A DNA stretch of 64,000 nucleotides from Candidatus Woesearchaeota archaeon. Its GTDB lineage: Archaea; Nanobdellota; Nanobdellia; Woesearchaeales; UBA12501. Where the stretch lies: the NCBI GenBank assembly GCA_030651375.1, contig JAUSFM010000009.1:65345-129344 (forward strand), read 5' to 3'. Under the pieces are notes generated by a model. It did no database searches. It had not been told where the DNA came from and saw only the letters and a program-made list of their open reading frames with translations. This document shows, piece by piece, positions 1 to 9,519 of this stretch (its first letter is position 1; each line of letters opens with the position of its first letter). A program made the translations under genes and the position numbers.

Positions 1-143
1 TGACTTAGAAGATCAACCAAATCATTCTGGCCTGCGAGACCTTGTAGTCAAATACACCAACCGAGCACGAGAAACAGGAGAAACCATTTTTGAATTCTGA
101 ACTTCTTAAACAAACAAAAAAGATAAAAAATAAAATAAAAAAT

Positions 144-557
144 TTAGAAAATTTCTTTCTTCAGCAGCGCCTTTTCAAGCGACCATTTGCCGTTGCCGTG
201 CAGCATCAGCGCAAGGAACAGGCAGAGATACAGAATCGCCATCTCGCCTTTGTTCACGAGCGGATTCCAGCCGCCGCCAGCGTGCACCATAAAGTATGCA
301 ACCAGCATTTGGACAGCACTCACCACTGCGGCAAGCCGCGTGAACAAGCCGACCAAAATCGCAAGGCCTGCTGCAAGTTCAACAATGCCGGCAACGCCCA
401 TGAGCGAAGCAAGGGACGGAACCTGTTGGCCGCCAAACCAGCCCAATAATTTCTGCGCGCCGTGGGAGAAAAACAGAAAACCAGCGAGCAGCCGAATCAC
501 GAAAAAGAACGAATCGTGATGCTTTTGCACATATTTTGCAATACACATAGAGTACAC
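144..557 (-). CDS. DoxX-family integral membrane protein
   Basis: 137 aa with 4 hydrophobic helices and a DoxX-like SHGAQKLLGWFGG motif. Divergently oriented from the ALDH gene across an AT-rich promoter region. Confidence 0.55.
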   Translation of the reverse strand: MYSMCIAKYVQKHHDSFFFVIRLLAGFLFFSHGAQKLLGWFGGQQVPSLASLMGVAGIVELAAGLAILVGLFTRLAAVVSAVQMLVAYFMVHAGGGWNPLVNKGEMAILYLCLFLALMLHGNGKWSLEKALLKKEIF

Positions 558-559
558 CT

Positions 560-700
560 CTTAATGGTTTTTTTATATTTTTATATACACTGGCTGGGGA
601 GTTTATAAAATTAGCGGAACAAAGGGTTTATTTAACCAATCATCACAAACAATATAAATCATGAACCACCTGCTGAAAATTACAAATCAAACGGTGATAC
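560..700. promoter_or_regulatory. AT-rich divergent promoter region with TATA-like boxes (tttatata, tttataaaa)
   Basis: Intergenic AT-rich stretch between divergent genes. TATA-like octamers sit about 25-35 bp from each start. Confidence 0.35.
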
Positions 701-701
701 G

Positions 702-2066
702 ATGATGCAGTCCCTCAATCCGGCAACTGGCGAGCTTCTCAAAGAATTTCAAGCACTTTCATTTGAACAAGCAGCCGTGGAAGTAAAAAAAACGAGGAGT
801 GTATGGCAGAAATGGAAAACATCGAAACTTTCGTATCGCCTTGAAATCATCAAGCATGTCGGCGAGAACCTCAAAAAAAACAGCAAAGACTATGGCCGGC
901 TCATGGCGCTTGAAATGGGCAAGCCAATCAAACAGGGCATTGCAGAAGCTGAAAAATGCGCGTCAGTCTGTGATTATTACTGCGCCAACGCGAAAAAATT
1001 TCTCAAGGATAAAAAAGTAAAAACAGATGCGGCAAAAAGTTATGTTTCATTCGAGCCCATGGGCGTGATTCTTGCCATCATGCCGTGGAACTTTCCCTTT
1101 TGGCAGGCCATGCGCTGCGCCATTCCGGCGCTGGCCGCGGGCAACGTTGTCGTCTTAAAACACGCGAGCAATGTTCCTCAATGCGCGCTTGCGCTTGAAG
1201 AACTCTTTCGCCAATCCTGCTTGCCAGAGCACTGCTTCAAAACACTCCTTATCGACGGTGCAACGGCAACAAAACTGATTGATGCAGACCTTGTCGATGC
1301 GGTTTCATTAACCGGCAGCAATGCCGCAGGGCAAAAAGTGGGTGAGGCAGCAGGGCGAAACATCAAAAAAGTGGTGCTTGAACTGGGCGGCTCTGACCCC
1401 TTCATTGTTTTGGAAGATGCCGATGTTGCGGCGGCGGCAAAAATCGGCGCATATGCACGCATGATAAACACTGGCCAGAGCTGTATCGCAGCAAAGCGAT
1501 TTATCGTCATCAAAAAAGTCGCTGAAGAATTCCAACGCTTATTTGTCGAAGAATTCAAAAAACTCAAAATGGGCGATCCGCTCGATGAAACCGTAACGGT
1601 CGGGCCGCTGGCGCGGGAAGACCTTGCCAATGAGATTGATGCGCTGGTCAACGACGCAGTTTCACAGGGCGCAACCGTGCTCATCGGCGGCAAGCGTGCT
1701 GACAGAAAGGGTGCGTACTACGAGCCAACTATTATTACGAACGTGAAACCAACCATGCGCATCAGCAGCGAGGAAACATTCGGCCCGGTTGCGGTGCTCA
1801 TAATTGTTGATACTGAAAAACAGGCGATTCAAGAAGCCAACAACACAGAATTCGGCCTCGGCGCAAGCCTGTGGACAAAAAATACAGCAAAAGCAAAAAA
1901 GCTTGCGCACCAGATAGACGCTGGCCTCGTGTTCATCAATGACTTTGTGAAGTCAGACCCGCGCCTGCCGTTCGGCGGGGTAAAAAAATCAGGCATCGGC
2001 AGAGAACTTTCTGAATACGGCATCAAAGAATTTATGAACGCCAAAAGTGTTGTGGTGAAACAATGA
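702..2066 (+). CDS. NAD(P)-dependent aldehyde dehydrogenase (succinate-semialdehyde DH-like)
   Basis: 454 aa. ALDH glutamate motif VLELGGSDP and catalytic-cysteine motif GQSCIAAKR. Stop overlaps the next gene as ATGA. Confidence 0.85.
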   Translation: MMQSLNPATGELLKEFQALSFEQAAVEVKKTRSVWQKWKTSKLSYRLEIIKHVGENLKKNSKDYGRLMALEMGKPIKQGIAEAEKCASVCDYYCANAKKFLKDKKVKTDAAKSYVSFEPMGVILAIMPWNFPFWQAMRCAIPALAAGNVVVLKHASNVPQCALALEELFRQSCLPEHCFKTLLIDGATATKLIDADLVDAVSLTGSNAAGQKVGEAAGRNIKKVVLELGGSDPFIVLEDADVAAAAKIGAYARMINTGQSCIAAKRFIVIKKVAEEFQRLFVEEFKKLKMGDPLDETVTVGPLAREDLANEIDALVNDAVSQGATVLIGGKRADRKGAYYEPTIITNVKPTMRISSEETFGPVAVLIIVDTEKQAIQEANNTEFGLGASLWTKNTAKAKKLAHQIDAGLVFINDFVKSDPRLPFGGVKKSGIGRELSEYGIKEFMNAKSVVVKQ

Positions 2067-3760
2067 AAACATCAATGAAAAAAGAACTGCCGGAAATAAA
2101 AGCATCCGATCTTCTCGTCCAATGCCTTGAAGCCGAAGGTGTCAAATATATTTTCGGCCTGCCCGGCGAGGAAAACGAGGATCTTCTTTTTTCACTCGAC
2201 AAATCATCCATCAAATTCATTTCAACGCGCCACGAGCAGGGCGCGGCGTTCATGGCTGATGTCTATGGAAGGCTGACGGGGAAAGCAGGAGTATGCCTCG
2301 CGACCTTAGGTCCGGGCGCAACGAATCTTATTACGGGTGTTGCTGACGCGCATCTCGATAAGGCACCGCTGGTCGCCATCACCGGACAAGGAAGTTCACG
2401 CCGGCTTCACAAAGAAAGCCACCAGATTGTTGACATTGTCAATTTGTTCAAGCCGATTGTAAAATGGAATACGTCGATAAACCATCCGGACATTATTCCT
2501 GAAATTGTGCGCAAGGCATTCAAGCTGGCTGAAATTGAAAAGCCAGGAGCGACACATTTCGAATTGCCAGAAGATATCGCAAAACTGAAGGTTGCCGGAA
2601 AAGAGCCAATTGTTCCGCAGCGGGTTCGCCGGTCTGCGCCGGATTACAAAGCATTGCAGGCAACCGTTGACCTTTTGAAGCAGTCAAAAAAACCGCTCAT
2701 CATTGCTGGCAATGGCGCGATTCGCAAGCTCGCCTCAAAACATCTCATTGAATTTGTTGAAACAACACATATTCCCGTGGTCTCAACTTTTATGGGCAAA
2801 GGCGCGATTGGCGACAAAAATCCGCATTCTCTTTTTGCCGTCGGCCTTCGCGGACGTGATTATGTCATGTGTGCGATTGAACAAGCTGACCTTATCATCA
2901 CCATTGGCTACGATATTGGAGAATACGATCCGCAGGCATGGAACCCCGACAAGAAAAAGAAAATTGTGCATATTGACTTTTTGCCTGCTGAAGTCTATGA
3001 ATATTATCAGCCGGACATTGAAGTGGTGTGCGACATCTCCGGCATGCTCTGGGAACTCAACGCGCTCCTCAAAAAAGAAAAAATTTCTTTTGCACAGAAC
3101 TGGTTTGCCCCTATTCGCAACGCCATACAAAAAGACATTGAATCATACGACTTGAAAGAAGGGCAGGCATTGACCGTGCCCGGCGCCCTAAATATCATCC
3201 GCAGCATCATGCGCGATGACGACATCCTCATTTCTGACGTCGGCGCGCACAAGATGTGGATTGCGCGTAATTATCCTGTTTATTCACCAAACACCTGCAT
3301 TATTTCCAACGGCTTATCCAGCATGGGTATTGCGGTACCCGGTGGCGTTGCGGCAAAATTGGCGCATCCGGGCAAGCATGTTGTTGCAGCAACCGGCGAC
3401 GGTGGCTTCATGATGAATTCTCATGAAATTGAGACAGCAAAACGTATCGGTGTTGGCTACACGATTGTTGTCTTTAACGACTTTGATTATGGCCTGATTT
3501 CGTGGAAACAAGAAGACCACCATGGCCGCTCCGTCGGCACAAAGTTGGGAAATCCTGACTTCAAAAAATACGCTGAAAGTTTTGGCATTCGCGGGTATTG
3601 TCCGAAAACAGTTAGCGAATTAAAATCAAACTTGAAAGAGGCAATCGAAAGCGGCGCGTTGTGCCTTGTTGAAGTACAGATTGACGCAGGGGAAAACAAG
3701 CGGCTTGGCAAAAAATTGCAGAGTGATTTATGCAGTGTGTTTTATGGGAAGAAAAAATGA
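2063..3760 (+). CDS. Thiamine-pyrophosphate enzyme, acetolactate-synthase large-subunit-like
   Basis: 565 aa. N-terminal TPP pyrimidine-binding domain and C-terminal TPP-binding motif GDGGFMMN...N. Translationally coupled to the ALDH gene. Confidence 0.8.
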   Translation: MKTSMKKELPEIKASDLLVQCLEAEGVKYIFGLPGEENEDLLFSLDKSSIKFISTRHEQGAAFMADVYGRLTGKAGVCLATLGPGATNLITGVADAHLDKAPLVAITGQGSSRRLHKESHQIVDIVNLFKPIVKWNTSINHPDIIPEIVRKAFKLAEIEKPGATHFELPEDIAKLKVAGKEPIVPQRVRRSAPDYKALQATVDLLKQSKKPLIIAGNGAIRKLASKHLIEFVETTHIPVVSTFMGKGAIGDKNPHSLFAVGLRGRDYVMCAIEQADLIITIGYDIGEYDPQAWNPDKKKKIVHIDFLPAEVYEYYQPDIEVVCDISGMLWELNALLKKEKISFAQNWFAPIRNAIQKDIESYDLKEGQALTVPGALNIIRSIMRDDDILISDVGAHKMWIARNYPVYSPNTCIISNGLSSMGIAVPGGVAAKLAHPGKHVVAATGDGGFMMNSHEIETAKRIGVGYTIVVFNDFDYGLISWKQEDHHGRSVGTKLGNPDFKKYAESFGIRGYCPKTVSELKSNLKEAIESGALCLVEVQIDAGENKRLGKKLQSDLCSVFYGKKK

Positions 3761-4161
3761 AACAAGGAACACTTGCTGGCGCAGTTATCATTCAGAACAA
3801 GCGGCTTCTCCTAATTCATAACATCAAACATGGCAGGCGCATCGAAGTGCCCGGCGGAAAAGTACATTCCGGAGAAACGCATGAGCAAGCGCTGGTTCGC
3901 GAGTGTCTCGAAGAAATTGGTGTGACTGTTTCTGTCGGCACAAAAATCGGTGTGTATCATACACCCTCCCCTGAAGGCGTGTTCAACTGCCATCTGTATC
4001 ACTGCACTATTCTTCACGGCGAGCCAACCATTTGCGAGCCGCACAAGTGCGACAAAATCGGATGGTATACCTACAACAAGCTCGAACAGCTGAAAAAAGA
4101 CGGTCTGCTCGTGCCGAATGTGGTGGGTGCGATGGAGCATTTGAAGGGGATGATGAAGTAA
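3757..4161 (+). CDS. NUDIX hydrolase
   Basis: Nudix box GGKVHSGETHEQALVRECLEEIGV. Start moved to the MKQGT Met to reduce overlap with the upstream gene. Confidence 0.8.
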   Translation: MKQGTLAGAVIIQNKRLLLIHNIKHGRRIEVPGGKVHSGETHEQALVRECLEEIGVTVSVGTKIGVYHTPSPEGVFNCHLYHCTILHGEPTICEPHKCDKIGWYTYNKLEQLKKDGLLVPNVVGAMEHLKGMMK

Positions 4162-4197
4162 TAAAACATTTAAACAACCTTTTCTGTTCCCTGTTTT

Positions 4198-5655
4198 ATG
4201 AATCTTTCAAGGACCATGTCCACCCAGCACCCCGACAACGTGGCGCTGCCCTTTTTTGGCACCAACGGTGTCATTGGTGACAGTGACGAGGTTCGCGAGG
4301 CGTTCTACGCCTTCGTTGAATTGGGCATTCGCGAGCAGTTGTGGGACTTTGAAGGCAAGGACGTTGACAACAGCGTCGTGCGCAAGTTGTTGCTGGACTA
4401 TCCTGACTTTTTCAAAAAGAAACAGCTCGGCAAGGATGTTTTTCTGACCTATCGCGTGCCAAATCCTGACGTTGAAAAAAATGAAGGAAAAATACTTCTT
4501 GAAACGCTGGAAAGCATCCCCCTCAGTTTCGATACAGCAAAATCATTTTACCAGAATGACATTCCTCCGATTTTCGAGCTCGCAGTGCCGATGGTTTCGT
4601 CGTCAGCCTCCATTATCCGCATCGCTGAATATTATAAACACTATATTGTCGGCAGGCAAACCAGCACCATCCATGACACCACCATCGGAAAATGGCTCGG
4701 CACATTTTCTCCTGACACCGTGCGGATCATGCCACTGTTTGAAGACAAGGACTCAATGCTCAATGCCCACACCATGAGCAAGGAATTTATCGCCAGCCAA
4801 AAAATAAAGGATTATCTCCGCGTCTGGCTTGCGCGAAGCGATCCGGCGCTGAATTACGGTTCAGTCGCCACCGTGCTGATTGAGAAAATCGCGCTCCAGC
4901 GATTGGACGTGTTGTCTGAAAAACTCTCCATTGACATTCATCCGACGCTTGGCTGCGGCTCGGCGCCCTTTCGGGGAAATCTCAAGCCGACAAACGTTGA
5001 GCGAATCATTACGGCGTACCCATCGGTGCAAACATTTACCATCCAGTCAGCATTCAAATACGATTATCCCGAACAAAAAGTCAAGGACGCCGTTGCAGCG
5101 ATTGAGGCGACAAAACCAAAAAAGCCGTTCGCGGTTGATGAAAAAGCTCTGTTTCCCATTATTGAAAAACTTGAGGCGGCGTATCAGAAACAAATAAAAC
5201 TGCTTGCACCAATAATTAACGAATTTTCTGTATTTGTGCCGCGCCGAAGAAAACGAAAACAGCACATCGGCTTGTTTGGATATTCCCGCAGTACAACCGG
5301 CGTGCATCTTCCCCGTGCAATTCCCTTTTGCTGTTCTCTTTATTCACTCGGCTTGCCGCCTGAATTACTGGGCATGCACGCGCTGACCGAGAAAGATGTT
5401 GATACATTGCATCATGCCTATCCATCCTTTGAATACGATATTCGCGACGCTGCACAATTTTTGAACAAGGACACGCTTGATTTTTTTCCCAAAGAAATCC
5501 AGAAAACAGTTTCTGAAGCAGTGCAGCGTTTTGGCGCACCGGTTCACGAGGGCCATAAAAAAATCACGAGTGAGATTGTCAAAGAATTCAAGGCGAAACG
5601 CGTGTCGGCCGACAAGATTGAGGCGGCCGGGAAGATACGGGGATTTTTGGGATAA
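4198..5655 (+). CDS. ppcA: Archaeal-type phosphoenolpyruvate carboxylase
   Basis: 485 aa. Family motifs MSTQHPDN, ARSDPALNYG, PTLGCGSAPFRG, FTIQSAFKYD and LGLPPELLGM match archaeal-type PEPC (PepcA). Confidence 0.88.
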   Translation: MNLSRTMSTQHPDNVALPFFGTNGVIGDSDEVREAFYAFVELGIREQLWDFEGKDVDNSVVRKLLLDYPDFFKKKQLGKDVFLTYRVPNPDVEKNEGKILLETLESIPLSFDTAKSFYQNDIPPIFELAVPMVSSSASIIRIAEYYKHYIVGRQTSTIHDTTIGKWLGTFSPDTVRIMPLFEDKDSMLNAHTMSKEFIASQKIKDYLRVWLARSDPALNYGSVATVLIEKIALQRLDVLSEKLSIDIHPTLGCGSAPFRGNLKPTNVERIITAYPSVQTFTIQSAFKYDYPEQKVKDAVAAIEATKPKKPFAVDEKALFPIIEKLEAAYQKQIKLLAPIINEFSVFVPRRRKRKQHIGLFGYSRSTTGVHLPRAIPFCCSLYSLGLPPELLGMHALTEKDVDTLHHAYPSFEYDIRDAAQFLNKDTLDFFPKEIQKTVSEAVQRFGAPVHEGHKKITSEIVKEFKAKRVSADKIEAAGKIRGFLG

Positions 5656-5677
5656 GAAAAAAAGATAAATAAAAAAT

Positions 5678-5902
5678 TTATTTCAATCCCAGCTTTTCAT
5701 GCAGCCAGCAGTAGCCCCAGAAACTTTCAACCAAGGCAATCCAGCCGATGACGAGCACAGCCCAATTCAGCCACTCGTTGGCAAATTGCAATTTCCACGG
5801 TCCGAGCCACCAGAACGCCAGCGCGAACCGCAGAACGCGGTCGGTTGCATTAAGATTTTGTTTGCTCATAAGAGCACCTCCTTTTTGAACAATATACGCC
5901 AA
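5678..5902 (-). CDS. Small two-helix membrane protein (DUF2892/YgaP-like)
   Basis: 74 aa, Trp-rich, two predicted TM helices. Confidence 0.4.
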   Translation of the reverse strand: MAYIVQKGGALMSKQNLNATDRVLRFALAFWWLGPWKLQFANEWLNWAVLVIGWIALVESFWGYCWLHEKLGLK

Positions 5903-5956
5903 CGGGGTATAAAAAGGTTATTAGCGAATCACTCCTTCGCCTGCTTCCAGGAGCCA

Positions 5957-6364
5957 TCAAAGAGTACAAATAACATACGACGCGACTTTCGAATAGCGCT
6001 GAAAAGATTCTTCCAACGCTTCATGTACAAATTCTCTCGCTTGGTCTGGTTCGAAAAATGAGGTTTGGTATGTTGCTGAAACTGTTTTGTTGTGGCGTAT
6101 TTGTTCACTATATGTGCGGACTCGTTTAGCAAGCATTTGTAGGTACAGGGCGCCGTGTTCTGTGGTGAGATTAAGGCGCACTTCCTGCGTTGCGGTTTTA
6201 GTCCGCGCAAATGCAAGTTTATTCCTGAATCCCACTTTAAAGCGTTGCGACTCGTTGAGCGGCCGTTGAAATTCAGCAAAGATAGTTTCTCGGTTCTCAT
6301 GATTCAATACGCCTACTTCGCGCAAGGCATTTTCAGCTTCAGTCACAAACGTATCAAGATCCAT
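5957..6364 (-). CDS. Hypothetical protein
   Basis: 135-aa ORF with coding-like composition. No recognised motif. Confidence 0.35.
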   Translation of the reverse strand: MDLDTFVTEAENALREVGVLNHENRETIFAEFQRPLNESQRFKVGFRNKLAFARTKTATQEVRLNLTTEHGALYLQMLAKRVRTYSEQIRHNKTVSATYQTSFFEPDQAREFVHEALEESFQRYSKVASYVICTL

Positions 6365-6409
6365 GTAGTATCAGACTAAAAGAACTGTTCGTTCTATTTA
6401 TCCATTTCA

Positions 6410-6423
6410 CCAGATATATCTGG
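6410..6423. promoter_or_regulatory. Perfect 14-bp palindrome CCAGATATATCTGG
   Basis: Lies between the stop of the HTH_10 gene (6429) and the start of the 5957..6364 gene. Candidate operator or terminator hairpin. Confidence 0.3.
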
Positions 6424-6428
6424 TATGC

Positions 6429-7064
6429 TTAAATCTGCTGTGCGGCACGATTAATCAGTTTATTTTCTGCCTTGAGAAGATGCTCGCCGACTGTTGCCGG
6501 CGATAATTTCAAGCCGCGTGCAAGTTGCATAATTGTTGTTTTGCGTGGCAGGTGATAATATCCTTGTTCATGCGCATATTGAAAAATCTTTTTCTGCTGC
6601 GGCGAAAGAAGGGTGTGGGAAAAATCAACTTTGCCAATTGAAAGCACCGTCACTGCGCCTGCTTTTTTCAGTTCGGCAAGCATCAGCTTGATAGCATCAC
6701 GGTCAACAACGCCGACGTGCCAGTATTCAAAGCCGCCGTGCACCGTGTGCAGGTCAATAAAAAAGCCGTTATATTTCTGGATAATATTCTGGACAAATCC
6801 TTTTTGGCGAAGAACAACGATGAGCAACAGCGTGTCTTTTGACCGCTCCACTTCTTTTATGGTCTTGTATGCCCCTGTTTTTTGGAGGAAGCCAATAATC
6901 CCCTCAAACTGTTTTTCATCACCGTTGATGTAATAGAAATATTGTTTCTCCTTTGGATTTCGGGACTGGATATCAACGACCGTGATGTGGTGCTTGGGAA
7001 ATCGTTTGCTCAACTCGGTCTCAAAACAGCCGCGATGGTGTATTTTGAAGCTGAATTTGAACAT
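6429..7064 (-). CDS. HTH_10 (Bat-type) transcriptional regulator
   Basis: C-terminal KTTIMQLARGLKLSPATVGEHLLKAENKLI is the HTH_10 fold typical of archaeal regulators. An N-terminal sensor-like domain precedes it. Confidence 0.7.
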   Translation of the reverse strand: MFKFSFKIHHRGCFETELSKRFPKHHITVVDIQSRNPKEKQYFYYINGDEKQFEGIIGFLQKTGAYKTIKEVERSKDTLLLIVVLRQKGFVQNIIQKYNGFFIDLHTVHGGFEYWHVGVVDRDAIKLMLAELKKAGAVTVLSIGKVDFSHTLLSPQQKKIFQYAHEQGYYHLPRKTTIMQLARGLKLSPATVGEHLLKAENKLINRAAQQI

Positions 7065-7066
7065 AG

Positions 7067-8779
7067 TTATCTCTCCAATACTTTCTCAATCTGCGCTAGC
7101 GTCCTCGTATTCAGCACGTGCCGTTTTTCTAGCCATCCTCTGCGTGCAGTGATGACGCCGTATTTCACATACTCAAGCTGCTCTTTCGCGTGCGCGTCAG
7201 AACTGACCACAAACGAACAGCCAATTTCGCGTGCTGCATGAACGTGCACATCATTCAAATCCATTCGTGCGGGCTGTCCGTTGATTTCCAGAAATACGCC
7301 GTTATCTTTCGCCGTCTGAAACACTTTGTCAGCGTCAAATTCAACACTATTTCGTTGATTAATCAGCCGTCCGGTCGGATGGCCAAATACATTGACTGGA
7401 TACTTTTCCATTGCAGTACAAATCCGTTTCGTCATCTCTGAAGAAGGCATTCGAAACGCCGAGTGAATGGACATCAGCACGACGTCCAGTTTCTTGCACG
7501 CTGTCTTTGACAACGCAAGCTCGCCGTTTTTTGTTATGTCTATTTCCGCGCCCTTGAAAATGCGGATTCCAATTTTTTTCTCTGCTTTGTCAATTTCCGC
7601 GGCCTGTTTCGTCAGCCGTTTTTCATTTAGCGGGTTGACAATCCCCATGCCGCCGACGTGGTCAGTAATCGTGACAAATTTCCAGCCAAGCTGCTGGGCT
7701 TTTTTTGCCATCTCCTCAATGCTGTGTGCACCATCGCTCCAGTTGGTCTGTGTTTGAAAATCGCCACTGATGTCAGGCAACTCAACCAGTTTTGGAATCT
7801 TGTGCTTCAGCGCCAGTTCAATTTCGCCGCGGTTCTCGCGCATTTCCGGTGGCATCCATTGCATGCCGAGTTTTTTATAAATCTCCTCTTCTGTTTTGCC
7901 GGCAACACGTTTCTTGCCTTTCACGGTGAAAAGGCCGTACTCGCTTAAGGTCAGCCCTTTTTTGAGCGCCAGTTTTCGCAGGGCAACTGAATGTTCTTTG
8001 CTTCCTGTAAAGTATTGCAGTGCCGAGCCGTACTGGTTTTTGTTGACCACGCGTGCGTCCACTTGCAGTCCATTCGATAAACGGATACTGCTTTTGCTTT
8101 CGCCGTGCGCCAGCACTTTTGCCACGTCGTTCATTGACACAAAGACATCCATTATTTTTTTATTGTTTTGCCCAACGATAAGAACATCAACATCGCCCAC
8201 AGTTTCCTTGCCGCGTAGGTATGAGCCGGCAGGCATCGCCTTCTCCACGCCTTGCATTTTTTTCAGATACGAAATAATATCTTCCACCATCAGCGATGCT
8301 TCGCCCAACAAGAACCGGTGAGGTGCCCATGTTTGCAGGCGTCCGATGCTTTCCAGAATCTGCTGCTGTTTTTTTTCGCCCATTCCTTCCAATTTGCTTA
8401 TTTTTCCCTGCTGTGCTGCCTTTTTGAGGTCGGGGAGGGTTTTTATTTTTAGTTTTTGGTACAACAACTTGATTGTTTTCGGGCCAATACCTTCGAGATG
8501 GAAGAGTTCTTCTGCAACCGGCATTTCTTTTTTGAGCTTTTCAAAATAAAAGCTTTTTCCGGTGGTGAGATACTCCTCTATTTTTTGCGCAATATGTTCG
8601 CCAACGCTGGGAACGTCTTTCAGTTTCCTTTCTTTTGCAACATCAGCAATATCTTCTGGGTAACTTTCTACACTCTGCGCGGCTTTTCGATATGCTTGCG
8701 GCTTCCATTGCACGTTTTGAATATCGAGAAGATCGGCAATTTGGTACAGAATCTTGGCAACCTCGCTGTTCTTGCGCAT
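7067..8779 (-). CDS. polX: Family X DNA polymerase with C-terminal PHP domain
   Basis: Pol beta-like N-terminus with HhH (EGIGPKTIKLL) and nucleotidyltransferase motif GSYLRGKETVGDVDVLIV. PHP phosphoesterase His/Asp motifs at the C-terminus. Start set at the MRKNSEVAKI Met; the track ORF extends to 8851. Confidence 0.85.
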   Translation of the reverse strand: MRKNSEVAKILYQIADLLDIQNVQWKPQAYRKAAQSVESYPEDIADVAKERKLKDVPSVGEHIAQKIEEYLTTGKSFYFEKLKKEMPVAEELFHLEGIGPKTIKLLYQKLKIKTLPDLKKAAQQGKISKLEGMGEKKQQQILESIGRLQTWAPHRFLLGEASLMVEDIISYLKKMQGVEKAMPAGSYLRGKETVGDVDVLIVGQNNKKIMDVFVSMNDVAKVLAHGESKSSIRLSNGLQVDARVVNKNQYGSALQYFTGSKEHSVALRKLALKKGLTLSEYGLFTVKGKKRVAGKTEEEIYKKLGMQWMPPEMRENRGEIELALKHKIPKLVELPDISGDFQTQTNWSDGAHSIEEMAKKAQQLGWKFVTITDHVGGMGIVNPLNEKRLTKQAAEIDKAEKKIGIRIFKGAEIDITKNGELALSKTACKKLDVVLMSIHSAFRMPSSEMTKRICTAMEKYPVNVFGHPTGRLINQRNSVEFDADKVFQTAKDNGVFLEINGQPARMDLNDVHVHAAREIGCSFVVSSDAHAKEQLEYVKYGVITARRGWLEKRHVLNTRTLAQIEKVLER

Positions 8780-8856
8780 ATCTCTGTTCTGGGAAATGTA
8801 TTTTAAATAGTTTATTATCGAAACGCTTATAAACCTCCTCTTTTCTGTCACAGTTT

Positions 8857-9519
8857 ATGAATCCACGCGTACTTGTCATGGCAGGAAAAGACAGTGATGC
8901 TGACCGTATTTTTGAGTACATCATTCGTGCTGGCCGGCAACATGGCCTGTTCTCACGAGCTTCAAGTGCCGTGCTCCAGGCGCGTACTCTTGACGAAGCG
9001 ATTGCAGCATTACCAACCGCCCCGGAATTAATTTTCTCCAGCGTTGCTCCTGCAAAGATTGGTGTTTCAGAGCCGCTTTCTACCGCGTCGATTGCGTATC
9101 TTGCTGCAGTCAAAACCTATCGAGATGCGCAGAGCAGGTATGTGCCTTTGGTGTTGTCCGGAAACTATATCTCAGGCATTCATGACTCCCGAACAGGTTA
9201 TCATCCTCTTGAGCATGGGGCGGTACTCGCACAGCCTGATGTTTGTATTGTTGAGCAGCGCTATAGCGATCCACGATTTTTATCAATCGTCAATAATTTG
9301 GCTCGCTTATTTTCAGAACCAGAACTCTATCGCTCTGCTTCCCGGTTGGTGACCTCGGTTGGCGAGAAGATTTTTCACCAGACACACCTCGAACAGTCTG
9401 TGCCCCAGCATTTCAGTTTTGGAGTTCATGGAAAACGGCAGACGGCTATGGTTTTGCTTCCTGCCTATTTCTTAGAAACTACTCCTCTTTCTGCCGAATC
9501 TATACAAAACCGTCAGTAA
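8857..9519 (+). CDS. Hypothetical protein (atypical codon usage)
   Basis: 220-aa ORF. Codon flavour (tct, cgt, ctt rich) differs from the GC3-rich neighbours. Confidence 0.4.
   Translation: MNPRVLVMAGKDSDADRIFEYIIRAGRQHGLFSRASSAVLQARTLDEAIAALPTAPELIFSSVAPAKIGVSEPLSTASIAYLAAVKTYRDAQSRYVPLVLSGNYISGIHDSRTGYHPLEHGAVLAQPDVCIVEQRYSDPRFLSIVNNLARLFSEPELYRSASRLVTSVGEKIFHQTHLEQSVPQHFSFGVHGKRQTAMVLLPAYFLETTPLSAESIQNRQ

Noticed and set aside
1178-2253. Minus-strand ORFs overlapping the aldehyde dehydrogenase gene
   Set aside because: They are shadow ORFs within a well-supported + strand gene.
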